Positions 28,283 to 36,948 of a stretch of DNA of 36,948 nucleotides are shown in pieces. A program made the translations under genes and the position numbers. Under the pieces are notes generated by a model. It was not told the origin of the DNA and did not search any database. It saw only the letters and a program-made list of their open reading frames with translations. The DNA is taken from sequence record SRR22947727_3313. One strand, given 5' to 3'. How positions within the stretch are numbered: the first letter of the stretch is position 1; every line of letters begins with the position of its first letter.

Positions 28283-31105
28283 ATGGATACCATTCAGGTC
28301 CGGGGCGCACGCACCCACAATCTTAAAAATATTGATCTCGATATTCCCCGTGACAAGTTGATTGTTATTACCGGGCTATCAGGCTCCGGCAAGTCATCTC
28401 TGGCATTTGATACATTGTATGCCGAGGGCCAGCGTCGCTATGTGGAATCACTGTCCACCTATGCGCGGCAGTTTCTTTCGATGATGGAGAAGCCCGATGT
28501 GGATCATGTAGAGGGCCTGTCTCCCGCTATCTCCATTGAGCAGAAATCCACTTCCCACAACCCCCGCTCTACCGTGGGCACCATCACCGAAATTTATGAT
28601 TATCTGCGCCTGCTATTTGCCCGGGCCGGCGAACCCCGCTGCCCTGACCATGGCCAGGCGCTGAATGCCCAGACCGTGAGTCAGATGGTCGACCAGGTAC
28701 TGGCATTGCCCGAGGGCAGCAAGCTAATGCTCTTGGCACCAGTAATTAAAGATCGCAAAGGTGAACATGTGCATCTTTTTGACAGCCTGCGCCGACAGGG
28801 TTTTATCCGCGCTCGTATCGACGGCCTGGTCTGTGACCTGGACGAAGCTCCGGCACTGGATAAAAAGAAAAAACATACTATTGAAGTGGTGGTTGATCGC
28901 TTTAAAGTCAAAGAAGATATTGGTTTGCGCCTGGCTGAATCTTTTGAGACAGCTCTGACATTGGCTGAGGGTCTTGTCACCATTAGCTATATGGACGGCG
29001 GCACCCCCGATCAGATTTTTAGCGCCAAATTTGCCTGCCCTATCTGTAACTACAGCCTCAATGAGCTGGAGCCCCGATTATTTTCGTTTAATAATCCAGC
29101 CGGCGCCTGCCCCACCTGTGATGGTCTGGGTGTACACCAGTTTTTTGATATTGATCGGGTAATCCAGCACCCGGAGGCCTCCATCTCTGAAGGAGCTATC
29201 CGCGGCTGGGATCGTCGCACATTGTTTTACTACAATATGCTGACCAGTCTGGCCGAGCACTATGACTTCGATATTGAGCAGCCCTGGGAGCAACTCTCCG
29301 CTATTCACCAGCAAAAGATATTATTTGGCAGCGACGATGAAGAGATCACTTTTAACTATGTGAATGACCGCGGCACGGTGTTCCGCCGTCAGCATAGCTT
29401 CGAGGGTGTTATCAACAATATGGAGCGGCGCTACCGCGAAACTGAATCCACCTCGGTGCGCGAAGAGCTGACCAAATATATGGCCACCTCAAACTGCCCG
29501 GAGTGCTCCGGTACCCGGCTGCGCAAATCCGCGCGCAATGTATTTATTGATGATCGCCGCATTGAAGATATCGTGTGCATGCCCGTGGGCGAGTGCAGCG
29601 ACTATTTTGAAAATCTGGATCTGCCCGGTCGTCAGGGCGAGATTGCCGAGAAAATTGTCAAAGAGATTCGCCAGCGCTTTAACTTTCTGGTGGATGTGGG
29701 CCTGAACTATCTCTCCCTCAATCGCAGTGCCGACACATTATCCGGTGGTGAAGCTCAGCGCATCAGGTTGGCCAGCCAGATCGGCGCTGGCCTTGTGGGT
29801 GTGATGTATATTCTTGATGAGCCATCCATTGGCCTGCATCAGAGAGACAATGAAAGACTGTTAAAGACATTGGTGCGACTGCGCGATCTGGGCAATACCG
29901 TGATTGTGGTTGAGCATGATGAAGACGCTATTGCCTCTGCCGACCATATTATCGATATAGGCCCAGGGGCCGGGATTCATGGTGGCGAAATTGTTGCGGA
30001 AGGCACCGCCAAGCAGATCAAAGCCAATAAAAACTCTATCACTGGGCAGTTTATGTCCGGCAAGCGCGGAATTGTTATTCCCAAGGTGCGCAACAAAGGT
30101 AAGGGCAAGACTCTTAAAATTACCGGCGCCACTGGTAATAACCTACAAAAAATTGATCTGGAAATACCCCAGGGGGTCTTTACCTGTATTACCGGTGTCT
30201 CCGGGTCGGGCAAGTCGACACTGATCAATGAAACCCTTTATCCAGCGGCGGCAGTAGCCCTTAATAAGGCCACCACATTAAAGCCAGCGGCCCATACCAA
30301 GATCACCGGGCTCAGCCATCTGGATAAATGCATTGATATTAACCAGAGCCCAATTGGTCGTACTCCCCGCTCCAACCCGGCCACCTACACAGGTATCTTC
30401 ACACCTGTGCGCGAGCTATTTGCCGGCACCCAGGAAGCCCGCTCGCGAGGCTATAACCCGGGGCGCTTTAGCTTTAATGTAAAGGGCGGTCGCTGTGAGG
30501 CCTGTCAGGGCGATGGTGTAACCAAGGTCGAGATGCACTTCTTGCCCGATATCTATGTGCCCTGCGATGTCTGCAAGGGCAAACGCTACAATCGCGAAAC
30601 CCTGGACGTGCACTTTAAAGGCAAGAATATTCATCAGGTTCTGGAGATGACCATTGAAGATGCTCGGGAATTCTTCGACGCCATCCCCGCCATTGCGCGC
30701 AAACTGCAAACCTTAATTGATGTGGGCCTGTCCTATATCAGTCTGGGTCAGTCAGCGACCACATTATCCGGCGGTGAAGCCCAGCGGGTCAAACTATCCA
30801 AGGAGCTATCTAAACGAGATACCGGCAAGACATTGTATATTCTTGATGAACCCACCACCGGCCTGCACTTCCATGATATTGAGCAGCTGCTAGCCGTGCT
30901 TCATCGCCTGCGCGACCATGGCAATACAGTGGTGGTAATTGAACATAATCTGGATGTGATTAAAACTGCAGACTGGATTGTGGATCTGGGCCCAGAGGGA
31001 GGTTCCGGCGGTGGAGAGATTGTCGCTCAGGGAACCCCGGAAGAGGTAGCACTGGTCAAGGGTTCCCACACTGGGCATTTCTTGAAAGGTATTTTAGCGC
31101 GCTGA
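28283..31105 (+). CDS. uvrA: Excinuclease ABC subunit A
   Basis: Two ABC ATPase modules ([24 protein letters not shown] twice) and Zn-finger CxxC pairs; 940 aa. Confidence 0.98.
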   Translation: MDTIQVRGARTHNLKNIDLDIPRDKLIVITGLSGSGKSSLAFDTLYAEGQRRYVESLSTYARQFLSMMEKPDVDHVEGLSPAISIEQKSTSHNPRSTVGTITEIYDYLRLLFARAGEPRCPDHGQALNAQTVSQMVDQVLALPEGSKLMLLAPVIKDRKGEHVHLFDSLRRQGFIRARIDGLVCDLDEAPALDKKKKHTIEVVVDRFKVKEDIGLRLAESFETALTLAEGLVTISYMDGGTPDQIFSAKFACPICNYSLNELEPRLFSFNNPAGACPTCDGLGVHQFFDIDRVIQHPEASISEGAIRGWDRRTLFYYNMLTSLAEHYDFDIEQPWEQLSAIHQQKILFGSDDEEITFNYVNDRGTVFRRQHSFEGVINNMERRYRETESTSVREELTKYMATSNCPECSGTRLRKSARNVFIDDRRIEDIVCMPVGECSDYFENLDLPGRQGEIAEKIVKEIRQRFNFLVDVGLNYLSLNRSADTLSGGEAQRIRLASQIGAGLVGVMYILDEPSIGLHQRDNERLLKTLVRLRDLGNTVIVVEHDEDAIASADHIIDIGPGAGIHGGEIVAEGTAKQIKANKNSITGQFMSGKRGIVIPKVRNKGKGKTLKITGATGNNLQKIDLEIPQGVFTCITGVSGSGKSTLINETLYPAAAVALNKATTLKPAAHTKITGLSHLDKCIDINQSPIGRTPRSNPATYTGIFTPVRELFAGTQEARSRGYNPGRFSFNVKGGRCEACQGDGVTKVEMHFLPDIYVPCDVCKGKRYNRETLDVHFKGKNIHQVLEMTIEDAREFFDAIPAIARKLQTLIDVGLSYISLGQSATTLSGGEAQRVKLSKELSKRDTGKTLYILDEPTTGLHFHDIEQLLAVLHRLRDHGNTVVVIEHNLDVIKTADWIVDLGPEGGSGGGEIVAQGTPEEVALVKGSHTGHFLKGILAR

Positions 31106-31115
31106 CCGCCCCAGT

Positions 31116-31817
31116 TTAGAAGTTAGCCTTCCAGGATCTATAGTCTGCAACCATTTTATCAACGGCCGCCTGCTGGTATTCCCGCAGGCCGCTGAGAATA
31201 AGCTTCTTTACCCCATAGCCAATCTCATCGCCGCCATCCATCAGTCGGAACTGCAGCTCCACATCACCGCGCTTGCCATCCACTATCATCCGTTTGTCGG
31301 CAAGTTCAACGACCGGCTGAGTCAAGTCAAGACGATCCAGATGCAGCGACATAGCCTGATAGATCGCCAGTGGCCGCGCCGGATTGATCATCACATTGTG
31401 CTCAGCCATTAGCGGCACAATAATATAGGGGAAGTTCTGCCCAGAGAACAGCACATAGCTGCGCACCAGCTGCTCTATCATCTTTTGATCAAATGCGGCT
31501 TGCGGTGAACGCTTAACCTGCAGATAGCACTTGTCACGACCATCTAAAATTTCAAATTCATTGCCAGGTGCCTCTGGAAATACCAGACCAGTATCGGCAG
31601 ATACCATGCCGGAAAAGGTAAAAGACATTTCCTGGCTCAAACCATAACGCTGCAGCGCAATGGCAAACAGCAGGTCTCCCGGAACACAGAAGCGCTTGCT
31701 GTCCGCATCATGAATCGGATTAAAATCATTGCTCACAGCTTTGGCAAAGCGACTGCCCTGCTCTGCACTAATGGTTAAGTCAGTGTCGTTCTGATTGTAA
31801 AAACTATCGAGAAACAT
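31116..31817 (-). CDS. DUF3581 family protein
   Basis: FAK.V.NDFNPIHD.DSKRFCVPGDLLF, YVLFSGQNFP, MINPARPL.IY, GKRGDV as recalled for this family. Confidence 0.8.
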   Translation of the reverse strand: MFLDSFYNQNDTDLTISAEQGSRFAKAVSNDFNPIHDADSKRFCVPGDLLFAIALQRYGLSQEMSFTFSGMVSADTGLVFPEAPGNEFEILDGRDKCYLQVKRSPQAAFDQKMIEQLVRSYVLFSGQNFPYIIVPLMAEHNVMINPARPLAIYQAMSLHLDRLDLTQPVVELADKRMIVDGKRGDVELQFRLMDGGDEIGYGVKKLILSGLREYQQAAVDKMVADYRSWKANF

Positions 31818-31931
31818 AAATAAGGCAGGCCCTGAGTGTCAGCCGCGCATACTAATCAGTTTAAAGCTCAGGTCAAGGGCAATATGGCTATTGCCAGAGG
31901 GGTATCCGGTATAACAGATGGTTTGGCGGGG

Positions 31932-32297
31932 CTAGTCCAGCTCCGCCTCAAACTCTTCTAGCAGGTCCAGAGGCTCCATTTCCTGACCCTCTAGTTCCTC
32001 GCTCCAGTTAATACCCACCATCAGCACATCGCTGTGCATACCGGGTAACCAGTCATCGAGAAACTCTTCCAGGTCAATGGCCACTGGTTTGTAGATGGCC
32101 CAGTCGCCATTGCACAGCGCCTGAGCGAAACTGCTAGTAGACCAAAATGGCATAACATCAATATCATCGCTATCGGTTGAGCTGACCAGAGACCAGTTGC
32201 CCTGCTGGTCCTGCAAACCCCAGACACAGCCATTTTCAAGACATTCGACAATCAGACGATCGAGATTTTCCTGCAGGTCATCGGAAAGTGGTTCCAT
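31932..32297 (-). CDS. DUF2750 family protein
   Basis: VWGL, VMPFWS, W..Y.PVAI.LEEFLDDWLPGM..D...VGINW; very acidic. Confidence 0.85.
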   Translation of the reverse strand: MEPLSDDLQENLDRLIVECLENGCVWGLQDQQGNWSLVSSTDSDDIDVMPFWSTSSFAQALCNGDWAIYKPVAIDLEEFLDDWLPGMHSDVLMVGINWSEELEGQEMEPLDLLEEFEAELD

Positions 32298-32411
32298 ACT
32301 TAGTTCAACTTATTTTTAACTGCTAGAGGGCTTTATAGTAACCCTTTTTTCAGGCAGGCCAAAGGCTTAGTGCCCAAGCTTGCAGGCAGACTTTTCTGTT
32401 ATTATGCCAGC

Positions 32412-33734
32412 ATGAATAATGACCCAAGCTATCAAACCTATCTAACAGCTCAGACCAACCTGCAGCGCCTCAGCTTTATTCGAGGCGTCGCTCTGCTGGG
32501 TCAGTGGCTGGCGCTAGCTTTCTTTAGTGTTGTCAAACCCATTGGCCTGCCAGTGATGGCCATTGCCATAATACTGGCCATCTATACTGCTATTACTGTA
32601 GCCACCTGGTTGCGCAGTAGAACATCTGTGCCTATTGTTGACAGGGAATTTTTTTCTCACCTGTTAATTGATATTCTGTTCTTTTCCATGGTGCTGTATT
32701 TTAGTGGCGGCGCATCCAATCCATTTATCTCCTACTATCTGATTCCCATCAGTATTGCGGCTATTACATTGTCTGGCACCCTTAGCATTTTTATTGCCCT
32801 GGCTGCTCTGGGCAGCTATTCACTGCTGCTAAATCAGTATGTGCCTATAGCTGCCATAGCGCCCATGGAAATGAGTTCTATGCATGGACAGCACTCACAA
32901 CACTCGGGCTTGGCGAACCTGCATATCTTGGGCATGTGGGCCAACTTTGCCATTAGTGCATTAATTATCATTTACTTTATCCGCCCTATGGCCAATACAG
33001 TCAAACGCCAACAGCAGAAAATCGCCGAGCAGCGGGAAATCCAGTTGCGCGACGAGCAGCTTTTAGCGGTAGGCACGTTGGCAGCAGGTACGGCCCATGA
33101 ACTGGGCACTCCACTCAATACCATGAAGATTATTATTGATGAACTGGCAGCGGATACAACTCAGCCCAATTCGGAATATCGGCTTCTTCAACAGCAAATT
33201 GAAATCTGCAAACAAACATTAAAAAAACTGTTGATGACCGCGGAAGAATCCCAGTCGAACCACCAAAAACCTGTGCGGGTGCAAGACTATTTTTCCCAGC
33301 TGTTGGAGCGCTGGCAGCTTATGCGACCCAGCTTAAAAGTAGATATCAGTCTGGATAATAATCAATGCATGGGGCTGTTTCACCCGACCATTGAACAATC
33401 AATAATCAATTTACTTAACAATGCTGCCGATGCCAGCCCGGAAATTGTAGAGGTGGTAATCAGCTGGAACAATGAAACTGCCACCATAGGTATTCGCGAC
33501 CATGGTCCGGGGCTGGCAAGTCAGAATATTCATAATCTGGGACAGGCATTTGTCACCCATAAAACCGACGGGCTGGGGCTGGGACTATTCTTATCTCAGG
33601 CTACCCTGACTCGCTTTGGTGGCACAGTCTGTCTTAGCGATGCCCCCGCAGGAGGCACCCATACGCAAATTATTCTGCCCCTTGCCAACCCCAGTAAAGA
33701 GACTGACCCACTGGATTCAGAGAATAGCCAATGA
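32412..33734 (+). CDS. regB: RegB/PrrB/RoxS-family redox sensor histidine kinase
   Basis: GGASNPF quinone-binding motif, H-box AHELGTPL, redox Cys in EICKQTL, NLLNNA, DHGPG, GLGLGL. ATG at 32412 preferred over GTG at 32370. Confidence 0.9.
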   Translation: MNNDPSYQTYLTAQTNLQRLSFIRGVALLGQWLALAFFSVVKPIGLPVMAIAIILAIYTAITVATWLRSRTSVPIVDREFFSHLLIDILFFSMVLYFSGGASNPFISYYLIPISIAAITLSGTLSIFIALAALGSYSLLLNQYVPIAAIAPMEMSSMHGQHSQHSGLANLHILGMWANFAISALIIIYFIRPMANTVKRQQQKIAEQREIQLRDEQLLAVGTLAAGTAHELGTPLNTMKIIIDELAADTTQPNSEYRLLQQQIEICKQTLKKLLMTAEESQSNHQKPVRVQDYFSQLLERWQLMRPSLKVDISLDNNQCMGLFHPTIEQSIINLLNNAADASPEIVEVVISWNNETATIGIRDHGPGLASQNIHNLGQAFVTHKTDGLGLGLFLSQATLTRFGGTVCLSDAPAGGTHTQIILPLANPSKETDPLDSENSQ

Positions 33735-34255
33735 CTTATTTGGTAGTGGATGATGACCCAGTCTTCACCTCGGTGCTGGCAAGAGTACTAACTCAGCGTG
33801 GATATGATGTGGCAACCGCAGGCAATGGCACTGAGGCCATTGCCCAATGCCACAATTCGGCTATTCAGAGAGTTGTTTTAGACCTTAAGCTAGAACAGGA
33901 ATCCGGGCTTGGAATACTGCAGCAGCTGCTGGCCTTAAAGCCAGATATAGAGGTGGTGCTGCTCACTGGCTATTCCAGTATCTCCACTGCAGTAGTAGCC
34001 ATTAAGCTGGGTGCGGTTAATTATCTTGGCAAGCCCGCCTCCGTGGATGAAATTATTGCCGCCTTTGAGCCAGGGCAAATTCAACAGACACAGCCTGCAC
34101 AGACATTACCGCCCTCAGTAAACCGGGTGGAGTGGGAACATATTCAGCGAGTGCTTAACGAAAACGATGGCAATATTTCAGCCACCGCTCGGGTTCTGGG
34201 CATGCATCGCAGGACATTGCAGAGAAAACTGCAAAAACGGCCGGTTAAGCACTGA
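33731..34255 (+). CDS. regA: RegA/PrrA/RoxR-family response regulator
   Basis: Receiver domain (VVDDD, LDLKL, LTGYSSI.TAV); C-terminal EWEHIQRVL..NDGNISATARVLGMHRRTLQRKL; ATGA overlap with regB. Confidence 0.94.
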   Translation: MTYLVVDDDPVFTSVLARVLTQRGYDVATAGNGTEAIAQCHNSAIQRVVLDLKLEQESGLGILQQLLALKPDIEVVLLTGYSSISTAVVAIKLGAVNYLGKPASVDEIIAAFEPGQIQQTQPAQTLPPSVNRVEWEHIQRVLNENDGNISATARVLGMHRRTLQRKLQKRPVKH

Positions 34256-34283
34256 AACCAAGCCGTTTTTGGGTGAGTTAATT

Positions 34284-34661
34284 CTAGTTAAGTACCTTGT
34301 AACCGCGGCCCTTTAAGCAACGCTTAACAATTTTACTCTGCTCGTGGCGGGCGCGCTCGTTGGACTTTACCCCGCCCAATACAGCACCAGCCCCAGCGCC
34401 GCGCTTGGTGGTATTGCTGTTGCCAACCACAGCACCCAGCACAGCGCCAACCACAGCGCCTTCGGCTGCCCCCTCCACAGTGCGGTTACTGACATCGATA
34501 TTGGCGGCATAGTCTTTGCAGTCCGCCAGATCGACTTGGTATTGGTAGGGGTCTACACCCAGGGTATCTATAATCACTTCTTGAGGGGCGCCGTAGCGAT
34601 AACCACTGGCACAACCGGTAAGCAACAATGCGAATGCAACTGAAAGCCATAGCTTTAACAT
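34284..34661 (-). CDS. Glycine-zipper lipoprotein
   Basis: Lipobox LTGC; GAAEGAVVGAVLGAVVG...GAGAGAVLGG zipper; Cys pair DLADC ... CLKGRGY. Confidence 0.85.
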   Translation of the reverse strand: MLKLWLSVAFALLLTGCASGYRYGAPQEVIIDTLGVDPYQYQVDLADCKDYAANIDVSNRTVEGAAEGAVVGAVLGAVVGNSNTTKRGAGAGAVLGGVKSNERARHEQSKIVKRCLKGRGYKVLN

Positions 34662-34732
34662 AACAAATCCTTTATTGGTCTAGCCATCCTTTTACAAAAC
34701 GCCAACCAGAGGTTTTGGTTGACGCTTGCCAA

Positions 34733-34751
34733 GAGCCTCGAAGCGAGGCTC
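34733..34751 (-). terminator. Hairpin, possible terminator after the SPFH gene
   Basis: GAGCCTCG-AAG-CGAGGCTC perfect 8-bp stem; weak U-tract. Confidence 0.45.
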
Positions 34752-34765
34752 ATTACCTCGTTTAC

Positions 34766-35617
34766 CTACTTAGTATTATTCATGATACCGCGCACTGCCG
34801 CTGGAATATCTGCCGGCAGCACCACTAGTTTAGCATTGGATGATTTAGACAGACTTTTCATGGCATCAATATACTGCTCACCCAGCAGATACATAGCGGG
34901 TAATTCTTTGTCCTGAATAGCCTCATTCACTTTAGACAATGCTTCTTTGGTGGCCTCGGCCAGCACTACCTGAGCCTCTGCATCGCGACGTGATGCTTCC
35001 AGACGGCCATCGGCTTCCAGAATTGCTGCAGTCTTTTCACCATCGGCACGGGTTACAGTGGCGCGGCGCTGTCGCTCTGCGGCTGCCTGCTCTTCCATCG
35101 CCTGCTGCATGGTACCCGAGGGGTTAATATCCTGAATCTCAACAGTCTTCAGAGTAATGCCCCAGTCGGCAATATCATCGGAGATAGAACCTTTTAGCTT
35201 GGCTTTAATCTGATCCCGCGACGACAGTGCATCATCCAGCGCCATCTCACCCACAATGGAACGCAGAGAGGTCTGCACCAGAGTGCGAATAGCCAACTCA
35301 TAGTCTTCAACACCATAGACCGCTCGCTCCGGGCTAATAATATTAATGTAGGCCACCGCATTGGCAATAATCACTACGTTATCCAGAGTGATTACTTCCT
35401 GGGAAGGGATATCCAGCACAATATCCTTGGTGGTAGCCTTAAAAGACACATCATCTATATAGGGAATAATCAGGTTAAGACCAGGACTCAGAGATTTGTG
35501 AAATTTCCCCAGCCGCTGAACCACCCATTTGGAGCCCTGAGGCACCAGGCGAATACCTTTAAAAAGGGTGATAATTACCAGTATTAAAATTGCTACAACA
35601 ATAAATGTACCTTCCAT
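34766..35617 (-). CDS. SPFH/band 7 (QmcA-like) membrane protein
   Basis: N-terminal TM, VQRLGKF..L.PGLN.IIP, QEVITLDNV, LRSIVG.M.LD..LSSRD, AE-rich coiled coil. Confidence 0.92.
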   Translation of the reverse strand: MEGTFIVVAILILVIITLFKGIRLVPQGSKWVVQRLGKFHKSLSPGLNLIIPYIDDVSFKATTKDIVLDIPSQEVITLDNVVIIANAVAYINIISPERAVYGVEDYELAIRTLVQTSLRSIVGEMALDDALSSRDQIKAKLKGSISDDIADWGITLKTVEIQDINPSGTMQQAMEEQAAAERQRRATVTRADGEKTAAILEADGRLEASRRDAEAQVVLAEATKEALSKVNEAIQDKELPAMYLLGEQYIDAMKSLSKSSNAKLVVLPADIPAAVRGIMNNTK

Positions 35618-35639
35618 TCTTTTTATCTCCTGTAAATCA

Positions 35640-36092
35640 TTAACTGAGTTTGGCTACTATTAAAACGCTGTCTGAAATTTCTTGAATATGCAGACGATCG
35701 CCAAGGGCCACTTCCGAATCGCAGCTAAATTCCCATTCATCTTCTCCCAGAATCGGCGTACTAAAGCGCAGTTTACCTCTGGTATCTCCGGCGGGCAGCT
35801 TAATCACCTGCCCGGACTCACCAATGGCCGCCTCGCGCGCCATTTGGCTATTGCTACTGTCTACCATTCTGGGCTTGACCAGCTTAAACCACAGCACCGT
35901 AAACAGCACTGAGAAAATTGACCACAGCAGCACCTGCAGGCTAAGGGACATCTCGACCATCAGCGCCGCCACCCCCACGACCAGAGCACCCAGGCCAAAC
36001 CATAGAATAGTAAAGCTGGGAATAAATATCTCTGCCACAATCAGTACAACGCCGAGCACCAGCCAGTGCCAGTAAAGCATCTGCAGTTCCAT
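35640..36092 (-). CDS. Short NfeD (YbbJ-like) membrane protein
   Basis: WHWLVLG..L...E...P.F..LWFGLGA, three TMs plus OB-fold-like tail; adjacent to SPFH; GAGG RBS supports ATG at 36092. Confidence 0.88.
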   Translation of the reverse strand: MELQMLYWHWLVLGVVLIVAEIFIPSFTILWFGLGALVVGVAALMVEMSLSLQVLLWSIFSVLFTVLWFKLVKPRMVDSSNSQMAREAAIGESGQVIKLPAGDTRGKLRFSTPILGEDEWEFSCDSEVALGDRLHIQEISDSVLIVAKLS

Positions 36093-36141
36093 GTAACGCC
36101 TCATTTCAATAAAAGTTACCTAAGGGTAACAAACTTCAGTA

Positions 36142-36582
36142 TTAATCAGTAGTGGTCCGCCGACACATTAGCAGCGCATCCTCGCGACCCAGTTGAGTTT
36201 TATAATAGTCGCGCCGCTCCCCTACTTTTTCAAAGCCCCGCTCCTGATAAAGGCGAATGGCGCGAAAATTAGATAGCCTGACTTCAAGATAGACTGATAT
36301 AACCTCATCCACCAGATGATCCAGCAGGTAATCCAGCATAGCGGCGCCCAGACCCAGGCCCTGATTATCCGGATGTATGGCAATATTGTGCAGTTCAGCC
36401 TGATCCAGCACAGCGCTGATTATGCCAAAGCCAACCACATGATCATCCAGTACCAGTACCTGCGAGTCGCTGAGGCTAAGCTCAAACTGCTTAAGACTCC
36501 AGGGAGATGGCGAGCAGGCGGTTTCGATATCACAGACCTGCTCAAGGTCAGCGGCAGCCATAGGCCGAATACTGTAAGACAA
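36142..36582 (-). CDS. rimI: Ribosomal protein S18 alanine N-acetyltransferase
   Basis: IRPM...DL..V..IE....PWS, NIAIHP.NQGLGLG, LEVR.SN..AI.LY...GF..VG.R.DYY...EDA. Start uncertain (TTG 36582, ATG 36606 or ATG 36561). Confidence 0.9.
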   Translation of the reverse strand: MSYSIRPMAAADLEQVCDIETACSPSPWSLKQFELSLSDSQVLVLDDHVVGFGIISAVLDQAELHNIAIHPDNQGLGLGAAMLDYLLDHLVDEVISVYLEVRLSNFRAIRLYQERGFEKVGERRDYYKTQLGREDALLMCRRTTTD

Positions 36583-36583
36583 A

Positions 36584-36948
36584 TTAGCTGTCCGCTTTAT
36601 GGACATGTCGCTGGGGCGAGAGATAGCGAATAGTCTGCCAGGCATCCCGCTTGCAGCTGGGCTGCTCAATCATCATTGGCAGAGAGGGGATCAACAGCCC
36701 AGTGATTTGACCAAATACATCTACCTGACCATTGCTGACCCCAGCCTGTTGCTCTGGGGTTAACAGCCACTGGGCTGCCATATCGCCAAGCAGCAGTAAA
36801 ATCTTTGTGGCACTGCTATCAATTCTGGCCTGAATCAAGGTGGCTAAAAATTCTCGCACCTCGGTTTCGTCTCCGGCCATATTGGGATAGGGCGGCCATT
36901 CAACCAGCTCCATCTGCGGCAGCGGGCCACTGCCCTGCCCCATCGCCT
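36584..36948 (-). CDS. Probable divergent DNA polymerase III psi subunit (pseudomonad-type); 5' part outside the window
   Basis: Immediately upstream of rimI (the holD position). C-terminal PSLPMMIEQPSCKRDAWQTI resembles the psi C-terminal helix pattern. Confidence 0.55.
   Translation of the reverse strand, partial: AMGQGSGPLPQMELVEWPPYPNMAGDETEVREFLATLIQARIDSSATKILLLLGDMAAQWLLTPEQQAGVSNGQVDVFGQITGLLIPSLPMMIEQPSCKRDAWQTIRYLSPQRHVHKADS

Noticed and set aside
34766..36092. SPFH/NfeD pair as a novel system together with the rhomboid
   Set aside because: QmcA/YbbJ-type pairs are well known, and the rhomboid is about 29 kb away in another operon.
1..36948. CRISPR arrays, tRNA/rRNA, prophage, IS/integrase, defence or toxin-antitoxin systems
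   Set aside because: No regularly spaced repeats, cloverleaf motifs or corresponding protein signatures were seen; nearly all of the sequence is explained by housekeeping CDSs.

Overview
A roughly 50% GC, gene-dense, mostly core-genome segment from a marine gammaproteobacterium. The gene set looks Cellvibrionales/SAR92-like, which is an inference from recalled homologues and not a database result. About 36 CDSs, left to right: a 5'-truncated ActP/VC2705-type solute symporter; a minus-strand nadK-rhomboid-yeaC-DUF2797-pepN operon; a stand-alone shikimate-kinase-like gene; a TIGR01777/SDR/ybfF/aspC run; Vibrio-type purC; sdaA; a hypothetical plus LuxR-family regulator; clpB with a sigma-32 promoter; an orphan 3-TM protein; three-gene transhydrogenase pntAA/AB/B; ispB; fabA-fabB; Prx5; ssb-yajR/uvrA; DUF3581; DUF2750; RegB/RegA; a glycine-zipper lipoprotein; an SPFH/NfeD pair; rimI; and a truncated probable cryptic holD. 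No rRNA, tRNA, CRISPR array, prophage, integrase or transposase was seen, and no clearly novel multi-gene system can be supported. The best leads are a degenerate REP-like element at the centre of a sharp mirror strand-composition switch (about 15.85-16.1 kb), a multi-hairpin/pseudoknot intergenic region (1.63-1.9 kb), an atypical AroK paralogue and several uncharacterised proteins with informative motifs.
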